Source: a bacterium
Lineage (GTDB): Bacteria; Bacillota_I; Bacilli_A; RFN20; CAG-826
DNA length: 64,000 bases
NCBI GenBank assembly: GCA_963617535.1
Contig: CAVEPD010000002.1
Span: forward strand, 23,917 to 87,916
Direction: 5' to 3'
The position numbers were made by a program, and so were the translations under genes. Shown here piece after piece: positions 38,823 through 47,802 of the stretch. The notes beneath the pieces are model-generated. The model made no database searches and was not told where the DNA came from. It saw nothing but the letters and a program-made list of their open reading frames with translations. Position 1 is the stretch's first letter. Every line of letters begins with the position of its first letter.

Positions 38823-38834
38823 TAGGAGGCAATT

Positions 38835-39509
38835 ATGGCAAAGAAAAGAACGCACGATTTGATAATGACGATGGTCGAAATCGGCGTGATGGCTGCGCTT
38901 GGGTTCGTCTTGGACGAGCTCTCCGGCATCATGTTCAAGGGGATCTTTGTCAACGGAGGCTCGATTGGCATCGCGATGCTTTGCGTGCTTCTCATGGCTT
39001 ATCGAAGGGGGTTTGTCCCCGCCCTCATCACGGGCCTGGTAATGGGGCTGCTTGATTTGGCGACTGGCCCCTACATTATCCCAGGCGAAGCTTGGAGGGC
39101 CGTGGTTCAAGTTCTTCTCGATTATGTCTTGGCCTATCCGATGGTGGCTTTTGCCGCTTTGTTCCGCCCTGCTTTCTTGAAGAGCGAAGACCAAGGCAAG
39201 AAAGTTCTCTTCCTTTGCTTGGGCACGATCCTCGGCGGTTTGCTTAAGCTCTTCGTTCATTATCTTTCCGGGATTTTGTTCTGGGCGGATCCAAGTAGCT
39301 TCGCTTTCTCTTGGACGTGGATGAACCCCCATCTTTATTGCTTCCTGTACAACGCTTTATACGTTTTGCCTTGCCTTGCCTTGTCTTTGGCCTTTTTGCT
39401 CGTTCTCTATTGGAGAATGCCGAGCCTTCTAAAAGATCCAGAACGGCTCTATTCCCGTGGAAAAGAGAAAGAAGAGACGCCTGAAGAATCGAAGAAGGAG
39501 GAAAAATAA
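38835..39509 (+). CDS. thiT: ECF-type thiamine transporter S component ThiT
   Basis: 6-TM protein of 224 aa preceded by a TPP riboswitch and adjacent to a thiamine pyrophosphokinase gene; strong AGGAGG RBS. Confidence 0.7.
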   Translation: MAKKRTHDLIMTMVEIGVMAALGFVLDELSGIMFKGIFVNGGSIGIAMLCVLLMAYRRGFVPALITGLVMGLLDLATGPYIIPGEAWRAVVQVLLDYVLAYPMVAFAALFRPAFLKSEDQGKKVLFLCLGTILGGLLKLFVHYLSGILFWADPSSFAFSWTWMNPHLYCFLYNALYVLPCLALSLAFLLVLYWRMPSLLKDPERLYSRGKEKEETPEESKKEEK

Positions 39510-39510
39510 C

Positions 39511-39906
39511 ATGGTTTTGCCAATTGGAATATTGACTTTAGGGGCGGGGATGTTCGGTTGCTTCCTCTCCTTCTATATCTTGTCTTTCTCTTCTTATAAC
39601 GATGGTTGGGGAACGGATGTCTCCTTTAACGAGGACTATCTGATTCTCACCTTAATTGGACTTTTCCTTGCAATTCTTGGGGCTTTCTTGCTTTTTGCTC
39701 ATCTCAAAAAGAAAGAGAACAAGCACATCCTTTTCGGAGGGCTCGCCGCGATTAGCGTCATCTCCCTTGTCTATGCCTTGTTCATGGTTATCAAAAGTTA
39801 TGTGAAATGCTTTTCCACCACCCCGTTTTATTGGGGCTGGTTCTTTGTTTCCTTGTTGTTAGGGCTACTTTCCGTTTGCTTGCTTAAAACCAAAGAAACC
39901 AAGTAA
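39511..39906 (+). CDS. Small membrane protein (4 TM)
   Basis: Internal ATG with GGAGG RBS directly after the thiT stop; the track start (39457) overlaps thiT; 131 aa. Confidence 0.45.
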   Translation: MVLPIGILTLGAGMFGCFLSFYILSFSSYNDGWGTDVSFNEDYLILTLIGLFLAILGAFLLFAHLKKKENKHILFGGLAAISVISLVYALFMVIKSYVKCFSTTPFYWGWFFVSLLLGLLSVCLLKTKETK

Positions 39907-39996
39907 GCAAAATCCGTTCCAAATCTCTTGAGTTTTTAAAGGATATTTTTCACGCCCGTGTTATAGTTCCTCCGTTCAAATCCTAAGGAGGCCCAT

Positions 39997-41220
39997 ATGG
40001 AAGAAGAAAAGAAAGAAGCCCTTCCTTCGCAGGAAGAAAATCCCGTTCAAGAAACAACCACTGAACCCGCTGCCGAACCGATTGGTGAGGCCAAGATGGA
40101 ACCCGCAGTCGAACCTGTTGTCGAGCCTATCGAGGATGATGACTTCGCGGATACAAAACGCAACGCCGAAATTGAAGCCGCTAAGCAAAAGAAGCAAGAA
40201 GAAGACGCGGTTAAAAAAGAGGAAGAGGAGGTAGAGGAGGCCCTTGAAGAGCTTCCTGATCCCTTCCCGGAACAGGCTTCTTACGAATACACGGATGACC
40301 TCTTGAATAAAATCGAGAAGGCGCGTGTTGCTTTCTACAAGGAATATAAGAAGAACAATGGCATTAAGATCGCCCTCTCCGTGGTAGGTCTTGCCGTCAT
40401 TATCTTGTTCTGGATTTTGCCTAACGCCCTTAAATGGGGAGGGGATAATTCCGTTATTCCGATGGTGGTTTCGCTTTCCGTCGCCGCTGGGGTGCTCGCT
40501 CTTCTCGGCGTGATGTCCTTTTTAACCAGGAAAGCCAACGACAAAAGAATCAAAGCTTACTTTGGCGTTCTTTACGAGAATCTAAACCAATACATATTTA
40601 ATGGCATCCCCGTGGAGAACATCCAAGGGAAGGTCGAAGACAAGATTTCCAAAGACGAATTCGCCGCGTGCGGTATGTATCCCGGCGCCTCTTCTATTGG
40701 TAGCCGCGACAATATCACCTTCACTTATCGTGATATGGACTGCGCTCTCGCCGATGCCGCTGCCCAAAAAGAAGCTGGCAAAGCGATGCAAACTGTCTTC
40801 GTTGGGAAATACCTCCGTACCACGAACAATTTCCAAGGGAAAGAAGACGGCCTCGTCATTTATTTCCGTGGTAATAAAAGAGCCCTCCCTCCCGAAATTC
40901 TTCCGAAACTTAATCTTTTGGAAAAGAACAAGTTCTACAAGATCTACGGCGATCCTAGCGACAAGAAATATTTAACCCCGAAGATCCGTTCGATGCTTAA
41001 GGAAATCCATACGAACAAGGTTCTCGTCGATGTGGCGATCGCCATCAAGCCGGGTAAGACCTACTTCGCCCTTGGCTACGAAGACTCCTTGATGGTCCTC
41101 CCAATGCAAAAGCCGTTCAATCCTGGCCCGACTCGCGAGTACAAAGAAGAACTTGCGATGTTCCTAGAGCTCGCTTACGCCTTCTATGAAAAGAAGGGCG
41201 AAAACAAAGACGCAGAATGA
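39997..41220 (+). CDS. Hypothetical membrane protein with acidic Glu/Pro-rich N-terminus
   Basis: AGGAGG RBS; N-terminal about 110 aa low-complexity acidic; two TM helices; C-terminal about 230 aa globular domain with no recognised motif. Confidence 0.5.
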   Translation: MEEEKKEALPSQEENPVQETTTEPAAEPIGEAKMEPAVEPVVEPIEDDDFADTKRNAEIEAAKQKKQEEDAVKKEEEEVEEALEELPDPFPEQASYEYTDDLLNKIEKARVAFYKEYKKNNGIKIALSVVGLAVIILFWILPNALKWGGDNSVIPMVVSLSVAAGVLALLGVMSFLTRKANDKRIKAYFGVLYENLNQYIFNGIPVENIQGKVEDKISKDEFAACGMYPGASSIGSRDNITFTYRDMDCALADAAAQKEAGKAMQTVFVGKYLRTTNNFQGKEDGLVIYFRGNKRALPPEILPKLNLLEKNKFYKIYGDPSDKKYLTPKIRSMLKEIHTNKVLVDVAIAIKPGKTYFALGYEDSLMVLPMQKPFNPGPTREYKEELAMFLELAYAFYEKKGENKDAE

Positions 41221-41225
41221 ATGAT

Positions 41226-41258
41226 TGCCCCTCCTCGACGAGGGGCTTCTTTTTGTTC
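41226..41258 (+). terminator. Rho-independent terminator
   Basis: GCCCCTCCTCGACGAGGGGC followed by TTCTTTTT. Confidence 0.5.
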
Positions 41259-41333
41259 TCGCAAAGGCATATCGCGCTTATAATAAACCCGCAAAGGAAT
41301 CCGACGTTTTGGATTTCTTCTTGGTAACCTCGT

Positions 41334-41900
41334 ATGAATGAAGTAGATCCCAGATTCGCGCGCTGGATGAAAGTCCAGGCGTACAAACACGATGGGGCCT
41401 TGCACCGCCAATGGTCCCCAGCTTATCTCGTCGAAGAAAATGACGAATATTGGGCTTTGGCGTCCAAGATGAGCTCTGTCACGGAAAATGACGGCCGCAA
41501 ATGGATGACCAAAGAAAAGGCTGTTTTCATTCTCTTTAAGAAACGTTGGATGAACGTGATTTGCATGTTCAAAGAAGGGCAAGGGATTTGCTATTACGTC
41601 AATATCGCCACCCCCACGATTCTCGACAACGGATATTTGAAGTACATCGATTATGATTTGGACGTTAAGCTCTATCCAAATCACACGGAGAAGACCCTCG
41701 ACGAAAACGAGTTCGAACGCCATATCCAAACTTATGGCTATTCCCCTGAATTAACCGCGGCCATCCAAAAATCCGCGGAAGAGGTTAAGGAAATGATCAA
41801 CCGCGGTGAGGCTCCTTTCGTCGATTCTTTCGTCATGAGGCTTTACAACAAATTCTTGATGGAGAATAAGCCCATCGTCCCCGCGAACCACAAGGGGTAG
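41334..41900 (+). CDS. DUF402 family protein (Ntdp/FomD-like nucleoside di/triphosphatase family)
   Basis: Resembles Firmicutes DUF402 proteins of about 180-190 aa (YKHDGALHRQW, ICYYVNIATP, DYDLDVKLYPN). Confidence 0.6.
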   Translation: MNEVDPRFARWMKVQAYKHDGALHRQWSPAYLVEENDEYWALASKMSSVTENDGRKWMTKEKAVFILFKKRWMNVICMFKEGQGICYYVNIATPTILDNGYLKYIDYDLDVKLYPNHTEKTLDENEFERHIQTYGYSPELTAAIQKSAEEVKEMINRGEAPFVDSFVMRLYNKFLMENKPIVPANHKG

Positions 41901-41941
41901 TTTCGCCTCCTCTCTTGCAGGGGTATATAATCGCATCGCTT

Positions 41942-42403
41942 ATGGAAAAAACTTTTGTTACGCAAAGCAAAGAAGAAACCCGTTCCCTTGGGAAACGTCT
42001 TTCCGCCTTCTTAAACGAAGGGGACGTGATTCTTTTAGAAGGCGATTTAGGCGCGGGCAAAACAACTTTCGTCGGTGGCGTTGCCGAAGGGCTCAACGTC
42101 AAGGAAGATGTGATCTCACCGACTTTCAACATCATGAAATGCTATTTCCACGGTACTCTTCCCCTTTATCACATCGACGCTTACCGTCTTGAAGGACAAA
42201 ACATCGAAATTGGCTTAGACGAATATATCGAAGGTGACGGCGCGTGTTTTATCGAATGGCCTCAGTTCATTGCTCCCTTGATCCCGGAAGATAAATTGGA
42301 AATCGTTCTCACAAACAAAGGCGAGAATAATAGGTCAATCACTTTCAAAAGCGAATCGCCACGTTTCACGAAAGTGATTGAACAAATGGAGGTAGTAGCA
42401 TGA
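41942..42403 (+). CDS. tsaE: tRNA threonylcarbamoyladenosine biosynthesis protein TsaE
   Basis: P-loop GDLGAGKTTF and PTFNI. Likely start is the ATG at 41942 (MEKTF...), 10 nt after a TATAAT, suggesting a near-leaderless transcript; the track start at 41915 is TTG. Confidence 0.85.
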   Translation: MEKTFVTQSKEETRSLGKRLSAFLNEGDVILLEGDLGAGKTTFVGGVAEGLNVKEDVISPTFNIMKCYFHGTLPLYHIDAYRLEGQNIEIGLDEYIEGDGACFIEWPQFIAPLIPEDKLEIVLTNKGENNRSITFKSESPRFTKVIEQMEVVA

Positions 42404-43455
42404 TTGGCCTTCTTTTGGATAGCTCAGATAAAAATCTTTCTGTTGGCCTGGTGAAAGACCATGTTTTTTTAGGCAAGGCCTCTTATGAAGCCTGGCAAAG
42501 GCAAAGTGAGCTCCTCGTGGATGAGATTCATAAGCTCCTTCTTGCTAACGGATTAAATGGCAAAGACATCAACTATGTCGTGTGCTCGAAGGGGCCTGGA
42601 TCCTATACCGGCGTGCGTATCGCTTTGACGGTTGCCAAAACGATTTGCTTTGCTCTTAATATTCCTTTATACCTCGCTTCCTCATTGGAAGTGTTGCAGC
42701 ATCAAGGTGGCGTCTCCGCTTGCCTTTCTAATGCCCGCGGGAAACGGAGTTATTTTGCGGTTTACAATGGTGAGAACGTCGTTGAAAAAGACTGCATTTT
42801 AGAAAACGAAGAGGTTTTTGCGTACTTTTCTTCTCATCCAGAGGTTACTCCTTGTGGCGATATCAAGTATCTCGGTATGGAAAGCGCCTCTTATGACGTC
42901 CTAGAGAATCTCAATCATTGCGACACCCCTGCTCACCTATGCGAAGAGCCCCTTGGAGCGAAGCCGGTTTACTTAAAGGACGATTACGACAAGGGACATT
43001 TCAAAACCATTGTGAGGAAGATGCTTCCTAGTGACATGGAAGCGGTTATGAAAATCGAGAATGAGGTTTTCGTGGCCCCTTATACGGAAGCTCAGATGCT
43101 TTACGAGCTTAACGAAAATCCTGTCTCCCATCTTTATTGCGCGGTTGTCGATAACGAGGTTGTTGGTTTTGTTGATTTTTCCATTACGTTCAATTCCGCT
43201 TACATCTCTCAAATCGGCGTGAAAGAAGCCTTTAGGCGCAAAGGGATTGGAAACCTGCTCATTGGCCAAATCATCAAAGACTGCGAGTCTCAAGAAGATC
43301 CTGTCGAGTTCCTGACACTTGAAGTGAGAGAAAGCAACGAGAACGCCCAAAAGTTCTACAAGAAGCATAAATTCCAGGCAATCACCGTCAAAAAAGGATA
43401 TTACTCCAACGGCGAGAATGCCGTGGCGATGGTAAGGAGTCTCATCCATGGCTAA
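42400..43455 (+). CDS. tsaB: TsaB (YeaZ) fused to ribosomal-protein-alanine N-acetyltransferase RimI
   Basis: N-terminal about 200 aa is TsaB-like (LLLDSSDKNLSVGLV..., GPGSYTGVRIALTVAK). C-terminal about 150 aa is a GNAT fold (QIGVKEAFRRKGIG...). Single uninterrupted 351-aa ORF. Confidence 0.8.
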   Translation: MIGLLLDSSDKNLSVGLVKDHVFLGKASYEAWQRQSELLVDEIHKLLLANGLNGKDINYVVCSKGPGSYTGVRIALTVAKTICFALNIPLYLASSLEVLQHQGGVSACLSNARGKRSYFAVYNGENVVEKDCILENEEVFAYFSSHPEVTPCGDIKYLGMESASYDVLENLNHCDTPAHLCEEPLGAKPVYLKDDYDKGHFKTIVRKMLPSDMEAVMKIENEVFVAPYTEAQMLYELNENPVSHLYCAVVDNEVVGFVDFSITFNSAYISQIGVKEAFRRKGIGNLLIGQIIKDCESQEDPVEFLTLEVRESNENAQKFYKKHKFQAITVKKGYYSNGENAVAMVRSLIHG

Positions 43456-44473
43456 GATTTTGGCAATTGAATCAAGCTGCGACGAAACCGCCGTGGCAAT
43501 CACCGATAACGGCAAGCTTTTGGCTAACGTTGTCGCAACCCAGATCTCAGTTCATGAGAAATTTGGCGGCGTCATGCCGGAAATCGCGTCTCGCCTTCAC
43601 ACGGAAAATATCGCCGTTTGCTTGAAAGAGGCCCTTGAGGAAAGCCATTTGAAATTTGAGGATATGGATGCTTTCGCGGTTACTCGCGGACCTGGTCTCA
43701 TTGGCTGCCTTCACGTTGGCCTTCAAGCGGCGAAAACTCTTGCGATGCTTTACGATAAGCCCCTCATCCCCGTCCATCATTTGGCTGGACACATCTATGC
43801 GAATGAGTACGTCGGTGAATTCATTTACCCCATGCTTTGCGTCGTTGTTTCCGGCGGGAATACCGAGCTTGTCCTGATGAAGGGCGACTTGGATTTTGAG
43901 ATCATCGGCGAAACAAAAGACGATGCGGTTGGCGAATGCTATGACAAAGTCGCTCGCGTTTTAGGACTTCCTTATCCGGGCGGGTTGCCAATCGACCAAC
44001 ATGCGAAAAAAGGCCAGCATACTTATCACTTGCCAATCCCTGATGCAGGCCCTAGCGCAGGAAAATACGATTTCTCTTATTCGGGACTAAAAACCTCAGT
44101 CATCAATCTCGTCAATTCGATGAAAATGAAAGGTGAGCCCGTGAATATCGATGACATGGCTCGTTCTTTCCAAGATGTCGCAATCGGCATGGTCGTTGAA
44201 AAAGCTCTTCGCGCGGCAAGCGACTATCATGTCAAACAGATTGTTTTGGCGGGTGGCGTTTCTGCGAACAGCTATCTCCGTGAGCAAATGAAAACCAAAC
44301 TCGAAGGCACCGGAATCGACTTGATCATTCCACCCCTTTGGTGCACCACCGATAATGCTGCCATGATTGCGAAAGTCGCCGAAAGACTTTATGAACGCAA
44401 AATTTTCGCCCCGCTTACTTTGGGCGTAGATCCCAACTGGAAAATTGACCATTGGATGGATTTTGAGGAATAA
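43448..44473 (+). CDS. tsaD: tRNA N6-adenosine threonylcarbamoyltransferase TsaD
   Basis: MAKILAIESSCDETAVAI start and VSGGNTELV; Kae1/YgjD family. Confidence 0.9.
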   Translation: MAKILAIESSCDETAVAITDNGKLLANVVATQISVHEKFGGVMPEIASRLHTENIAVCLKEALEESHLKFEDMDAFAVTRGPGLIGCLHVGLQAAKTLAMLYDKPLIPVHHLAGHIYANEYVGEFIYPMLCVVVSGGNTELVLMKGDLDFEIIGETKDDAVGECYDKVARVLGLPYPGGLPIDQHAKKGQHTYHLPIPDAGPSAGKYDFSYSGLKTSVINLVNSMKMKGEPVNIDDMARSFQDVAIGMVVEKALRAASDYHVKQIVLAGGVSANSYLREQMKTKLEGTGIDLIIPPLWCTTDNAAMIAKVAERLYERKIFAPLTLGVDPNWKIDHWMDFEE

Positions 44474-44477
44474 CGCG

Positions 44478-44531
44478 TTTTTGCGACGTTTTCTATTTCT
44501 TAGAAATTAGCTAATTTTTGCGACGTTTTCT
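44478..44531. repeat. Two perfect 17-bp direct repeats (TTTTTGCGACGTTTTCT) 20 bp apart at the tsaD / hypothetical-gene junction
   Basis: Copy 1 is at 44478-44494 (intergenic). Copy 2 is at 44515-44531, which encodes the last codons (ENVAKIS*) of the minus-strand gene. Confidence 0.5.
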
Positions 44532-44890
44532 TCTTTATAAGGCAAAATTGCGGGGAAATCATCTCCGTCTTTAATTACCTGAACCGCTAAGGCGTGCTTT
44601 TCGGGATAGACGTCCATGACGATTCCTTTTAAGCCCGCAGGATAACCAGCCACTTCTGCTTTTGTTATGACGTGCTCGCCTTTTTCAAAAGGAGAAATGA
44701 TGCTTTCTTCTTCCGCTGGGCGAAGCTCTTCCGGGTAATAGGAAGCATTGCCAATGAGGGCATCTTCGGTCGCGTAAAACCCGACTGTGAAACTCTCTTT
44801 ATGAACGGCGTCGATAACGCCGATATCGCCCTCTTTTGCAACCCCCCGTTCGACCAACACAATGACCTTGTCACCCACTTTGTACTTCAT
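44507..44890 (-). CDS. Hypothetical small protein (127 aa)
   Basis: The track ORF extends to 45190 and overlaps asnS. The ATG at 44890 (MKYKVGDKVIVL...) has an AGGAA RBS and avoids the overlap. Confidence 0.45.
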   Translation of the reverse strand: MKYKVGDKVIVLVERGVAKEGDIGVIDAVHKESFTVGFYATEDALIGNASYYPEELRPAEEESIISPFEKGEHVITKAEVAGYPAGLKGIVMDVYPEKHALAVQVIKDGDDFPAILPYKEENVAKIS

Positions 44891-44974
44891 GCGCTTTAGT
44901 TTATTCCTATTTGAGCCCTGGAAAACCCTTTTCGCCCTTAAAAAATAAGAATTACGTAGTAAACTAACTCTGCT

Positions 44975-46369
44975 ATGCAACCGAAAGCCATTACTGTTTC
45001 CGAGCTTAATGCTCGTTTCGCGAAGAAAGAAGATATCGCGAGCCTTGATTCCGTCCTCTTGGAAGGATGGGTCCGTACGAACCGCGACTCCGGGTCGATT
45101 GGGTTCATTGCTTTGAATGATGGCACTTGCTTCAAAAACATCCAGATCGTTTATGACGATAAGATTGCGAATCACGATGTTGTCTCGCACCTTCTTACTG
45201 GCGCGGCAATCTTAGTGAAGGGGAAAATCGTCATGACTCCCGAGATGAAGCAGCCTTTCGAAGTGCACGCTTCTGAAATCCAAGTTCTTGGCGATGTCGA
45301 TCCTGACTATCCGCTTCAAAAGAAGCGTCATAGTTTCGAATATCTTCGTGATGAAGCCTATTTACGTCCTCGTACGAATACCTTCTCCGCGCTTTATCGT
45401 GTCCGTTCTTCCTTGGCCTTGGCTATCCATGAATTCTTCCAGTCCCGCGGGTTTGTTTATGTCCACACCCCGGAATTCACTGGAAACGATGCTGAAGGAG
45501 CCGGCCAGGTTTTCAGCGTTTGCACGAAAGACAAGGATGGCAAGCTCAGCGAAACCGACTTCTTCGGCAAGAAAGTTTCCTTGACCGTTTCGGGGCAGCT
45601 TCATGTTGAGGCTTTCGCCCTTGCTTTCCGCGATGTTTATACCTTTGGCCCAACCTTCCGCGCGGAGAAATCCAACACTCCTCGCCACGCGTCCGAGTTC
45701 TGGATGATTGAGCCTGAACTTGCCTTCGCCGACCTCGATGATGACATGGCGTGCATGGAAGAGTGCATTAAGTGGTGCATCAACTGGGTTTTGGAAAAAT
45801 GCCCGGATGAGATGGCTTTCTTCGATAAGATGATCGCCCCTGGATTGCTTGATAAACTCCACCGCGTTTATTCCACTCCTTTCATCAAAATGGAATACAC
45901 CCAGGGCATCGAACTGCTTCAGAAAGCCGTGAAAGACGGGCATAAGTTCGATGACTGCGATATCTATTGGGGCAAAGATCTGGCTTCTGAACACGAACGT
46001 TATTTAACTGAGGAAATCGCAAAAGGACCACTTTTCCTCATCAACTATCCTAAAGAAATCAAAGCTTTCTATATGAAAGAGAACCCGGATGGGAAGACCG
46101 TGGCCGCTTGCGACTGCCTTGTTCCTGGAGAGGGTGAAATCATCGGGGGCAGTCAGCGTGAAGAACGTTATGATGTCCTTAAGAGAAAAATGGAGAAAGC
46201 CGGCAACGTCGATGAACTTGAATGGTATCTCAACCTGAGGAAATACGGCGGATGCATCCATTCGGGCTTTGGCATCGGCTTCGACCGCTTGCTTATGTAT
46301 TTAACTGGCGTTGCGAACATTCGTGACACCGAGCCCTTCCCCCGCACTTCTTCTGCTTTAAAATATTAA
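44975..46369 (+). CDS. asnS: Asparagine--tRNA ligase (class II)
   Basis: 464 aa; N-terminal anticodon-binding OB-fold (GWVRTNRDSGSIGFIALNDG); class II motifs FRAE, GGSQRE and GFGIGFDRL; length fits AsnRS rather than AspRS. Confidence 0.8.
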   Translation: MQPKAITVSELNARFAKKEDIASLDSVLLEGWVRTNRDSGSIGFIALNDGTCFKNIQIVYDDKIANHDVVSHLLTGAAILVKGKIVMTPEMKQPFEVHASEIQVLGDVDPDYPLQKKRHSFEYLRDEAYLRPRTNTFSALYRVRSSLALAIHEFFQSRGFVYVHTPEFTGNDAEGAGQVFSVCTKDKDGKLSETDFFGKKVSLTVSGQLHVEAFALAFRDVYTFGPTFRAEKSNTPRHASEFWMIEPELAFADLDDDMACMEECIKWCINWVLEKCPDEMAFFDKMIAPGLLDKLHRVYSTPFIKMEYTQGIELLQKAVKDGHKFDDCDIYWGKDLASEHERYLTEEIAKGPLFLINYPKEIKAFYMKENPDGKTVAACDCLVPGEGEIIGGSQREERYDVLKRKMEKAGNVDELEWYLNLRKYGGCIHSGFGIGFDRLLMYLTGVANIRDTEPFPRTSSALKY

Positions 46370-46373
46370 TCTC

Positions 46374-46571
46374 ATGGATAACGCGAACCTTACGAATCAA
46401 AACCAAGCCGATCAGGCCTTACCGGGCAATTCTTTTGTCACGACTGACATGCCTGATCCCGAGAAAGCAAGAAAGCAGCTTGCCAATAAGAGAGTTTTCT
46501 TTGTTCTTTTGGGTCTCATCGTCGTCGTTGCTTCCTTGATTGCTTGGGAGATTGTCGATTTAGTTTTATGA
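46374..46571 (+). CDS. Small single-TM protein (65 aa)
   Basis: ORF with a C-terminal hydrophobic helix; coupled (ATGA) to the next gene. Confidence 0.35.
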   Translation: MDNANLTNQNQADQALPGNSFVTTDMPDPEKARKQLANKRVFFVLLGLIVVVASLIAWEIVDLVL

Positions 46572-47113
46572 GAAAAGAACGCGCCCAGACCCAAGTTATT
46601 CAATGGAAAGAGAACAAAGTCCCAACCTCCATTCGCGTGGGTAGGGTTTTGCTTGTCATTGGCGGTATCCTTTTTATCATCAACTCAATTAACTCTTTGG
46701 CTTATTGGGGAATTTGTTTTGGGTTCCATTGGCTTCCTGAAAATGCGATGGGCCAAGAGACTTTCACGGAACTGAAAACGATGTTCCCCGAGCTTTCTTT
46801 TTGGACTAGGCCCCTTGATCTCATCAATGTGATCTCGGATGCCTTCAATCCGATCCTTTACGTTTTGAAATTCCTAGCGGCCCTTGGCGCATTTGCTTAC
46901 GTGAAAGACAAGGGTGGACATTTCATCGACTGGGTCGCTTGGGCGGCTATCATAGGGATCGGAATCTCGGTTTTCGATTTTGCCGCGAACATCCGTACGC
47001 TCGTTCAAAGCAATTTCGATTGGAAAACATTCGGACTTAATTTTTTCTCCATGCAAATCGACACTTTGATTTATTCGATCGGGTGGTTCTTGGCAAAGAA
47101 CTGGCTTGATTAA
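46568..47113 (+). CDS. Membrane protein (4 TM)
   Basis: ATG at 46568 overlaps the upstream stop; hydrophobic helices; no recognised motif. Confidence 0.45.
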   Translation: MRKERAQTQVIQWKENKVPTSIRVGRVLLVIGGILFIINSINSLAYWGICFGFHWLPENAMGQETFTELKTMFPELSFWTRPLDLINVISDAFNPILYVLKFLAALGAFAYVKDKGGHFIDWVAWAAIIGIGISVFDFAANIRTLVQSNFDWKTFGLNFFSMQIDTLIYSIGWFLAKNWLD

Positions 47114-47802
47114 TCTTGGCTCGGCGGCGTCGGGTTTTTCTGCGTGTATTGGATATCTTCTTCTGCTTTGAAATCCTTTAGGGACTTTGAGTAAATTGTT
47201 TTCGCGCGGTGCTGAATCATCACGAAACGGGAAATCCAAGCCTGGCAAAGATAGGCGTACCAAATCCAAGAGACATAGAAAAGCGCCACTTCGATATAGG
47301 CAGGAAGGTGCTCTAGGACAAAGGTCGGTTTATGGGTTATCGCAGGGAATCGAGCGAGCATAGAGATGCCGAATACCCTGACAATGAGAGGATCATCGCG
47401 ATAGACTTCCGCGCCCGCATTCCATTCGTAATGGAAGAATAGTTCCGAGAATTGGGCGAAGATATTGTCTTTCCACGTGCCGAACCCCAAGGAGCAGAAC
47501 ACCCAAATAAGCAAGGCAACCACGGAGATCGCGAAGGGAATTAAGGTCTGCTTATAAAGCAAACGATTGCTTTTGCGCATGGCTAAGCTCTTGAAAGCCT
47601 TGGGGGAATCCACAACATGGGTTCTTGCCGCGTCAGACATAATCGTGTCGACTTTCTCCGCTTGATGAACCATGGTCTTATGGATGGCTATACCTAAAAA
47701 ACCCAGCAATAAGAAAAGCACGAAAAGGATGACAATCAGAATGATGAGCAGCCTCCTGTCGGAATCGCTCATGGAAACGGAAACGAGGAAAAGATTATTC
47801 AT
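47110..47802 (-). CDS. Membrane protein of unknown function
   Basis: 230 aa with 4-5 TM helices; last gene of a three-gene minus-strand operon. Confidence 0.5.
   Translation of the reverse strand: MNNLFLVSVSMSDSDRRLLIILIVILFVLFLLLGFLGIAIHKTMVHQAEKVDTIMSDAARTHVVDSPKAFKSLAMRKSNRLLYKQTLIPFAISVVALLIWVFCSLGFGTWKDNIFAQFSELFFHYEWNAGAEVYRDDPLIVRVFGISMLARFPAITHKPTFVLEHLPAYIEVALFYVSWIWYAYLCQAWISRFVMIQHRAKTIYSKSLKDFKAEEDIQYTQKNPTPPSQD

Noticed and set aside
38727-39332. 201-aa minus-strand ORF
   Set aside because: Antisense to thiT, which has riboswitch and RBS support.
44891-44974. T-box leader upstream of asnS
   Set aside because: Only about 84 nt of intergenic sequence, which is too short for a T-box (about 200-300 nt). 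No specifier-loop or T-box consensus is visible.
44891-45190. N-terminal 100 aa of track ORF 44507-45190 (minus)
   Set aside because: Overlaps asnS on the opposite strand. The internal ATG at 44890 with an AGGAA RBS gives a compact 127-aa gene.
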